Source: the human T2T-CHM13v2.0 reference genome, Homo sapiens
Reading direction: 5' to 3' (one strand)
Assembly (NCBI RefSeq): GCF_009914755.1
Contig: NC_060948.1
DNA: 64,000 nucleotides
A model generated the notes under the pieces. That model saw only the letters and a program-made list of their open reading frames with translations, did not search any database and was not told the DNA's origin. How positions within the stretch are numbered: the first letter of the stretch is position 1; every line of letters begins with the position of its first letter. Positions 54,802 to 64,000 of the stretch are shown piece after piece. Both the position numbers and the translations under genes were made by a program.

Positions 54802-57467
54802 GGCCTGGAATAAAGTGGAATGCTACGGTCTCGAATGGAATAAAAATGTATGGAATGGAATGCAATGAAACGGAATCGAATGTCATAGAATGTAATGGAA
54901 TGCAAAAAAATGGAATCCAAAATCATTGACTGGAAAGGCTGGGTGTCGAAAGGAATTGACTCCAATGGAATGGAATCGAATGGAATGGAAGTGAATAGAA
55001 TCGAACTAAATCGAATGGAATGGAATTGATAGGAACGGAATGGAAAGGAATGCAATGATTTGGCATGGAATGGAATCGAATGGCATCGAATGGAATGGAA
55101 TGGAATGCAATGGAATGGAATGTATTAGAATGGAATGAACTTTAATGGAATGTACTCGAATGGATTCGACTGGAATGGAATGTTCTGGAAGTGAATGGAC
55201 TCCAATGGAATGGATTCAAAAGGAATGGAATCGTACGGAATGGAATCTAATGGAATGGAATTAAATGGAAATGAATCAAATTGAATAGCACGGAATTGAA
55301 TTGAATGGAATGGAATGCAATGGAATCTAATGAAACGGAAAGGAAAGGAATGGAATGGAATGGAATGGGCTGGAATGGAAAGGAATCGAAACGAATGGAA
55401 TGGAATCGAACTGAAGAGACTGGAATGGAATGCACTGGAATGGAAGGGAGTGTAATGGAAGGTTCTCGAAAAAAATGGAATCGAATGGAATGGAATTGAA
55501 TGGAACGGAATAGAGTCGAATGGAATTGAATGGAATGGAATGGACTAGAGTGAAATGGAATCGAACCACAAGGAATGGACAGGAATAGAATGGTCTCGAA
55601 TTGAATGGAATCGTATGGAATGGCATCAAACGGAATGGAATGGACAGCCACGGAATGGAATGCACTCGAATGCAATGGAGTCGAAACTAACGGACTGGAA
55701 TAGAATGGACTCGATTGGTACGGACTCCAATGGAATGGAATCGAATGGAAGGGAATCGAACGGAAGGGAATCGAACGGAATGGACTCGAAGGGAAAAGAC
55801 TGCAATGGAAAGGTCTCGAATGGAATGGAAATTAATGGAATGGAATGGAATCGAATGAAATGGAGTCAAAAGGAATGGAATCGAATGGCAAGAAATCGAA
55901 TGTAATGGAATCGCAAGGAATTGATGTGAACGGAACGGAATGGAATGGAATCCAAAGGAATGGAATAGAATGGAATGGAATCGAATGGAAAGGACTCGAA
56001 TGGAAATCACTCGAATAGAATGCAATTTAATAAAATAGGATCAAATGTAATAGAATGGAATGGAAAGGAATCGAAACGGAAGGAATGGAGACAGATGGAA
56101 TGGAATGGAACAGAGAGCAATGGTATAGAATGGAATGGAATCATCTGGAATGGAATTGAATGGAATGGAATAATATGAAATGGAATGGAATGGAATGGAA
56201 TGGAATGCCCTTGAATTAAATGGACTGGACTCGAACAGAGTGGAATGGAAAGTGTTGAGATAGAATGGAATGGACTCCTTTGGAATGGTCTAGTATGCAA
56301 TGCAATCGACTGGCAGGGAATCAAAAGGAATGTAATCGAATGGATTGGACTGGAATGCAATGGACTCGAATAGATTGGAAACGGAATGCAAAGGAATGGA
56401 ATGGAATAGTATGGAATGCAATGGAAGGGAATGGAGTGGAATAGACTAGAGTGGAATGGAATGGACTGGAAAGCAATGGACTGGAATGGAACTTTCTTGG
56501 ATGGATTGGAATCAAACGGAATGGAATGTAATGCAATCAAATGGCATGGAATAAAATAGAATGAAAGAGAATCAAATGGAATTGAATCGAATGGAATCGA
56601 ATGGATTGGAAAGGAATAGAATGGAATGGAATGGAATTGACTCAAATGGAATGGACTAGAATGGAATGGATTCGAATGGAATGGAATGTCATGGAATGGC
56701 ATCAAATGGAATGGCATCAAATGGAATGGAATCGAATGCAATGGAATGCTATGGAATGGAATGGAATGCATTGGAATGGAATGTCCTCTAATGGAATGGA
56801 TTCGAGTGGAATGGAATTGAATATAATGGAGTCGAATGAAATGGAATTGAAAGGAATGGGATCGAATACAATGGAATATACTGGAATGTAACGTAATGAA
56901 CTCGAATGTAATTGACTGGAATGGAATGTACATGAATGGAATGTAATCGAATGGAAAGTAATCCAATGGAATAGAATCTAATGCAATAAAATCGACTCAG
57001 ATAGAGTAGAATGTAATGGAATGGAGTGCAGTGCAATGGAATGGAATGGAATGGAATGCAATGGAATGGAATGGAATGGAATGGAATGGAATGGAATGGA
57101 ATGGGATGGAATGGTATGGAATGGATAGTAATGGACTGGAGTGAAATGGACTGGAAAGGAATGGACTCAAATTGAAAGGGCTCGAAAGGAATGGAGTCAA
57201 ATGGAATGGTCTGGAATGGAATGAACACGAATGTAATGCAATCCAATAGAATGGAATCGAATGGCATGGAATATAAAGAAATGGAATCGAAGAGAATGGA
57301 AACAAATGGAATGGAATTGAATGGAATGGAATTGAATGGAATGTGAACGAATGGAGTGAAATTGTATGCAGTAGAAGAGAATAGAATGGAATGCAAGCGA
57401 AAGGAAAGGAATGGATTGGAATGGAATGGAATTCATTGGAATGGAAGGGAATGTAGTGTAATGGACA
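54802..57467 (+). repeat. Truncated DYZ1 unit, 2666 bp (903-bp internal deletion plus 10-bp deletion)
   Basis: At 56672-56681 the sequence jumps from the GGACTAGAATGGAATGGATTCGAATGGAA landmark directly to TGGAATGTCATGG. These landmarks are 903 bp apart in the preceding unit (53108 vs 54011). Confidence 0.9.
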
Positions 57468-60400
57468 GGCCTGGAATAAAGTGGAATGCTACGGTCTCGA
57501 ATGGAATAAAAATGTATGGAATGGAATGCAATGAAACGGAATCGAATGTCATAGAATGTAATGGAATGCAAAAAAATGGAATCCAAAATCATTGAATGGA
57601 AAGGCTGGGTGTCGAAAGGAATTGACTCCAATGGAATGGAATCGAATGGAATGGAAGTGAATAGAATCGAACTAAATCGAATGGAATGGAATTGATAGGA
57701 ACGGAATGGAAAGGAATGCAATGATTTGGCATGGAATGGAATCGAATGGCATCGAATGGAATGGAATGGAATGCAATGGAATGGAATGTATTAGAATGTA
57801 ATGAACTTTAATGGAATGTACTCGAATGGATTCGACTGGAATGGAATGTTCTGGAAGTGAATGGACTCCAATGGAATGGATTCAAAAGGAATGGAATCGT
57901 ACGGAATGGAATCTAATGGAATGGAATTAAATGGAAATGAATCAAATTGAATAGCACGGAATTGAATTGAATGGAATGGAATGCAATGGAATCTAATGAA
58001 ACGGAAAGGAAAGGAATGGAATGGAATGGAATGGACTGGAATGGAAAGGAATCGAAACGAATGGAATGGAATCGAACTGAAGAGACTGGAATGGAATGCA
58101 CTGGAATGGAAGGGAGTGTAATGGAAGGTTCTCGAAAAAAATGGAATCGAATGGAATGGAATTGAATGGAACGGAATAGAGTCGAATGGAATTGAATGGA
58201 ATGGAATGGACTAGAGTGAAATGGAATCGAACCACAAGGAATGGACAGGAATAGAATGGTCTCGAATTGAATGGAATCGTATGGAATGGCATCAAACGGA
58301 ATGGAATGGACAGCCACGGAATGGAATGCACTCGAATGCAATGGAGTCGAAACTAATGGACTGGAATAGAATGGACTCGACTGGTATGGACTCCAATGGA
58401 ATGGAATCGAATGGAAGGGAATCGAACGGAATGGACTCGAAGGGAAAAGACTGCAATGGAAAGGTCTCGAATGGAATGGAAATTAATGGAATGGAATGGA
58501 ATCGAATGAAATGGAGTCAAAAGGAATGGAATCGAATGGCAAGAAATCGAATGTAATGGAATCGCAAGGAATTGATGTGAACGGAACGGAATGGAATGGA
58601 ATCCAAAGGAATGGAATAGAATGGAATGGAATCGAATGGAAAGGACTCGAATGGAAATCACTCGAATAGAATGCAATTTAATAAAATAGGATCAAATGTA
58701 ATGGAATGGAATGGAAAGGAATCGAAACGAAAGGAATGGAGACAGATGGAATGGAATGGAACAGAGAGCAATGGTATAGAATGGAATGGAATCATCTGGA
58801 ATGGAATTGAATGGAATGGAATAATATGAAATGGAATGGAATGGAATGGAATGGAATGCCCTTGAATTAAATGGACTGGAATGGAATGGACTCGAACAGA
58901 GTGGAATGGAAAGTGTTGACATAGAATGGAATGGACTCCTTTGGAATGGTGTACTATGCAATGCAATCGACTGGCAGGGAATCAAAAGGAATGTAATCGA
59001 ATGGATTGGACTGGAATGCAATGGACTCGAATAGATTGCAAACGGAATGCAAAGGAATGGAATGGAATAGTATGGAATGGAATGGAAAGGAATGGAGTGG
59101 AATAGACTAGAGTGGAATGGAATGGACTGGAAAGCAATGGACTGGAATGGAACTTTCTTGAATGGACTGGAATCAAACGGAATGGAATGCAATGCAATCA
59201 AAAGGCATGGAATAAAATAGAATGAAAGAGAATCAAATGGAATTGAATCGAATGGAATCGAATGGATTGGAAAGGAACAGAATGGAATGGAATGGAATGG
59301 ACTAGAATGGAATGGATTCGAATGGAAGGCAAAGGAATGGAATCTATTGGAATGGACTGTAATGGAATGGAATGGAAGGGATTGGAATGGACTCGAATGG
59401 AATGGACTGCAATAGAAAGGATTCGAATGGAATGAAAAAGAATTGAATGGAATAGAACAGAATGGAATCAAATCGAATGAAATGGAATGGAATAGAAAGG
59501 AATGGAATGAAATGGAATGGAAAGGATTCGAATGGAATGCAATCGAATGGAATGGAATCGAACGGAATGGAATAAAATGGAAGAAAACTGGCAAGAAAGG
59601 GAATCGATATGAATGGAGTTTTATGGAACGGACTCAAAAGGAATTGAATGTAATAGAATGGAGTGGAGTGGACTCGAATATAATGGACTGGAATGGAATG
59701 AAATCACATGGAATGGGAACGAATGGAATGGAATGGAAAGGAATGGAATCGAATGGAAAGGAATCGAATGGAAGGGAATGAAATTGAATCAACAGGAATG
59801 GAAGGGAATAGAATAGACGGTAATGGAAGGGACTCGAATAGAATGGACACGAATGCTCAAATTGAATGGACTCGAATGGAATGGAAACGAAAGGAATGTC
59901 ATCGAATGGAATTGAATCGATTGGAATGAAATTGCATAGAATGGAGTGGAATCAAATGGAATTGAATCGAAAGGAAAGGAAGCGAATGGACTGAAATGAA
60001 ATGGAATGGAATTGAATGGAAAGTAATGCAATGGAATAGAATGGAACGAAATTTCACGGAATGGAATCAAACTGAATGGAATCAAATCAATGGAATCCAA
60101 TCAAATGGAATGGAGTAGATTGGATTGGATGGGATTGGAATGAAATGTACTGGAAAGGACTCGAATTTCATGAAACGGAATGGAATGAATTGGAACGGAA
60201 TGGACTCGAATGGAATGGAATGTCATAGAATGGCATCAAATGGAATGGCATCAAATGGAATGGAATAGAATGCAATGGAATGCTATGGAATGGAATGGAA
60301 TGTATTGGAATGGAATGTCCTCTAATGGAATGGATTCGAGTGGAATGGAATCGAATATAATGGAGTCGAATGAAATGGAATTGAAAGGAATGGGATCGAA

Positions 60401-61006
60401 TACAATGGAATATACTGGAATGTAATGTAATGAACTGGAATGTAATTGACTGGAATGGAATGTACATGAATGGAATGTAATCGAATGGAAAGTAATCCAA
60501 TGGAATAGAATCTAATGCAATAAAATCGACTCAGATAGAGTAGAATGTAATGGAATGGAGTGCAGTGCAATGGAATGGAATGGAATGGAATGCAATGGAA
60601 TGGAATGGAATGGAATGGAATGGAATGGAATGGAATGGAATGGGATGGAATGGTATGGAATGGATAGTAATGGACTGGAGTGAAATGGACTGGAAAGGAA
60701 TGGACTCAAATTGAAAGGGCTCGAAAGGAATGGAGTCAAATGGAATGGTCTGGAATGGAATGAACACGAATGTAATGCAATCCAATAGAATGGAATCGAA
60801 TGGCATGGAATATAAAGAAATGGAATCGAAGAGAATGGAAACAAATGGAATGGAATTGAATGGAATGGAATTGAATGGAATGGGAACGAATGGAGTGAAA
60901 TTGTATGCAGTAGAAGGGAATAGAATGGAATGCAAGCGAAAGGAAAGGAATGGATTGGAATGGAATGGAATTCATTGGAATGGAAGGGAATGTAGTGTAA
61001 TGGACA
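57468..61006 (+). repeat. Divergent DYZ1 unit, 3539 bp
   Basis: GGCC spacing; 15 bp shorter at each of three sites (~58420, ~59295, ~60110). Confidence 0.9.
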
Positions 61007-64000
61007 GGCCTGGAATAAAGTGGAATGCTACGGTCTCGAATGGAATAAAAATGTATGGAATGGAATGCAATCAAACGGAATCGAATGTCATAGAATGTAA
61101 TGGAATGCAAAAAAATGGAATCCAAAATCATTGACTGGAAAGGCTGGGTGTCGAAAGGAATTGACTGCAATGGAATGGAATCAAATGGAATGGAAGTGAA
61201 TAGAATCGAACTAAATCGAATGGAATGGAATTGATAGGAACGGAATGGAAAGGAATGCAATGATTTGGCATGGAATGGAATCGAATGGCATCGAATGGAA
61301 TGGAATGGAATGCAATGGAATGGAATGTATTAGAATGTAATGAACATTAGTGGAATGTACTCGAAAGGATTCGACTGGAATGGAATGTTCTGGAAGTGAA
61401 TGGACTCCAATAGAATGGATTCGAAAGGAATGGAATCGAACGGAATGGATTCTAATGGAATGGAATTAAATGGAAATGAATCAAATTGAATAGCACGGAA
61501 TTGAATTGAATGGAATCGAATGCAATGGAATCTAATGAAACGGAAAGGAAAGAATGGAATGGAATAGAATGGGCTGGAATGGAAAGGAATCGAAACGAAT
61601 GGAATGGAAGCGAACTGAAGAGACTGGAATGGAATGCACTGGAATGGAAGGGAGTGTAATGGAAGGTTCTCGAAAAAAATGGAATCGAATGGAATGGAAT
61701 TGAATGGAACGGAATAGAGTCGAATGGAATTGAATGGAATGGAATGGACTAGAATGAAATGGAATCGAACCACAAGGAATGGACATGAATAGAATGGTCT
61801 CGAATTGAATGGAATCGTATGGAATGGCATCAAACGGAATGGAATGGACAGCCACGGAATGGAATGCACTCGAATGCAATGGAGTCGAAACTAATGGACT
61901 GGAATAGAATGGACTCGACTGGTACGGACTCCAATGGAATGGAATCGAATGGAAGGGAATCGAACAGAATGGACTCGAAGGGAAAAGACTGTAATGGAAA
62001 GGTCTCGAATGGAATGGAAATTAATGGGATGGAATGGAATCGAATGAAATGGAGTCAGAAGGAATGGAATCGAATGGCAAGAAATCGAATGTAATGGAAT
62101 CGCAAGGAATTGATGTGAACGGAACGGAATGGAATGGAATCCAAAGGAATGGAATAGAATGGAATGGAATCGAATGGAAAGGACTCGAATGGAAATCACT
62201 CGAATAGAATGCAATTTAATAAAATAGGATCAAATGTAATAGAATGGAATGGAAAGGAATCGAAACGGAAGGAATGGAGACAGATGGAATGGAATGGAAC
62301 AGAGAGCAATGGTATAGAATGGAATGGAATCATCTGGAATGGAATTGAATGGAATGGAATAATATGAAATGGAATGGAATGGAATGGAATGGAATGCCCT
62401 TGAATTAAATGGACTGGACTCGAACAGAGTGGAATGGAAAGTGTTGAGATAGAATGGAATGGACTCCTTTGGAATGGTGTAGTATGCAATGCAATCCACT
62501 GGCAGGGAATCAAAAGGAATGTAATCGAATGGATTAGACTGGAATGCAATGGACTCGAATAGATTGGAAACGGAATGCAAAGGAATGGAATGGAATAGTA
62601 TGGAATGCAATGGAAGGGAATGGAGTGGAATAGACTAGAGTGGAATGGAATGGACTGGAAAGCAATGGACTGGAATGGAACTTTCTTGCATGGATTGGAA
62701 TCAAACGGAATGGAATGCAATGCAATCAAATGGCATGGAATAAAATAGAATGAAAGAGAATCAAATGGAATTGAATCGAATGGAATCGAATGGATTGGAA
62801 AGGAATAGAATGGAATGGAATGGAATTGACTCAAATGGAATGGACTAGAATGGAATGGATTCGAATGGAAGGCAAAGGAATGGAATCTATTGGAATGGAC
62901 TGTAATGGAATGGAATGGAAGGGATTGGAATGGACTCGAATGGAATGGACTGCAATAGAAAGGATTCGAATGGAATGAAAAAGAATTGAATGGAATAGAA
63001 CAGAATGGAATCAAATCGAATGAAATGGAATGGAATAGAAAGGAATGGAATGAAATGGAATGGAAAGGATTCGAATGGAATGCAATCGAATGGAATGGAA
63101 TCGAACGGAATGGAATAAAATGGAAGAAAACTGGCAAGAAATGGAATCGAAATGAATGGAGTGTTATGGAACGGACTCAAAAGGAATTGAATGTAATAGA
63201 ATGGAGTGGAGTGGACTCGAATATAATGGACTGGAATGGAATGAAATCACATGGAATGGGAACGAATGGAATGGAATGGAAAGGAATGGAATCGAATGGA
63301 AAGGAATCGAATGGAAGGGAATGAAATTGAATCAACACGAATGGAAGGGAATAGAATAGACTGTAATGGAATGGACTCGAATAGAATGGACACGAATGCT
63401 CAAATTAAATGGACTCGAATGGAATGGAAACGAAAGGAATGTCATCGAATGGAATTGAATCGATTGGAATGAAATCGCATAGAATGGAGTGGAATCAAAT
63501 GGAATTGAATCGAAAGGAAAGAAGCGAATGGACTGAAATGAAATGGAATGGAATTGAATGGAAAGTAATGCAATGGAATAGAATGGAACGAAATTTCACG
63601 GAATGGAATCAAACTGAATGGAATCAAATCAATGGAATCAAATCAAATGGAATGGAAAGGAATTGAATGGAGTAGATGGGATTGGATGGGATTGGAATGA
63701 AATGTACTGGAAAGGACTCGAATTTCATGAAACGGAATGGAATGAATTGGAACGGAATGGACTCGAATAGAATGGAATGTCATGGGATGGCATCAAATGG
63801 AATGGCATCATATGGAATGGAATCGAATGCAATGGAATGCTATGGAATGGAATGGAATGCATTGGAATGGAATGTCCTCTAATGGAATGGATTCGAGTGG
63901 AATGGAATTGAATATAATGGAGTCGAATGAAATGGAATTGAAAGGAATGGGATCGAATACAATGGAATATACTGGAATGTAACGTAATGAACTCGAATGT
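61007..64000 (+). repeat. Partial divergent DYZ1 unit (right edge)
   Basis: Colinear with the other units; many private substitutions and 1-bp deletions at ~61552 and ~63521. Confidence 0.9.

Larger units (their letters stand above)
1..64000 (+). repeat. DYZ1: Human satellite 3 (HSat3) array, DYZ1-type ~3.56-kb higher-order repeat (Yq12 heterochromatin)
   Basis: Seen: degenerate GGAAT pentamers (GGAAT, CGAAT, GGACT, GCAAT, TGAAT etc.) run from base 1 to 64000. Unique landmarks such as GGCTGGGTGTCG, AGGCCT and GAATTC recur about every 3.56 kb. Established: DYZ1 is a ~3.56-kb TTCCA-based unit released by HaeIII/EcoRI, and two units here are exactly 3564 bp. The Y assignment is inferred from this match. 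Confidence 0.95.

Noticed and set aside
16-63982. Hundreds of short ORFs (MEWNG-rich on +, IPFHS-rich on -)
   Set aside because: They are direct translations of (GGAAT)n and (ATTCC)n, which lack stop codons when pure. They overlap in all frames, recur with the repeat period and have no recognisable domain.
1-64000. CRISPR-like or prokaryotic repeat-spacer system
   Set aside because: There are no unique spacers and no cas or other genes; the entire unit is repeated.
1-64000. HSat2, alpha satellite, DYZ2 or telomeric repeat
   Set aside because: There is no 23/26-bp CATTCGATTC-type HSat2 structure, no 171-bp monomer, no AT-rich Alu-containing 2.4-kb unit and no TTAGGG.

Overview
The whole 64-kb window is one uninterrupted, single-orientation array of human satellite 3, (GGAAT)n on + and (ATTCC)n on -. 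It is organised as about 18 tandem copies of a ~3.56-kb unit, each with one EcoRI (GAATTC) and one HaeIII/StuI (AGGCCT) site. This matches DYZ1 of the human Yq12 heterochromatin. I see no genes, RNA genes, transposons or CRISPR, and every ORF in the track is a translation of the pentamer (MEWNG / IPFHS). GGCC sites lie at 1249, 4813, 8382, 11961, 15520, 19079, 22638, 26197, 29781, 33355, 36944, 40528, 44092, 47676, 51219, 54802, 57468 and 61007. Spacings are 3539-3589 bp, except one 2666-bp unit with a 903-bp deletion. The interest lies in the internal structure: (1) in-register perfect heat-shock elements, one invariant, one polymorphic and one gained by a variant; (2) a hypervariable pure (GGAAT)n tract; (3) register-preserving 10/15-bp indels; (4) locally amplified and mosaic units; (5) a more divergent, CpG-retaining subfamily at the right end. 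I found no new protein-coding system. All counts were made by eye and should be confirmed by alignment.
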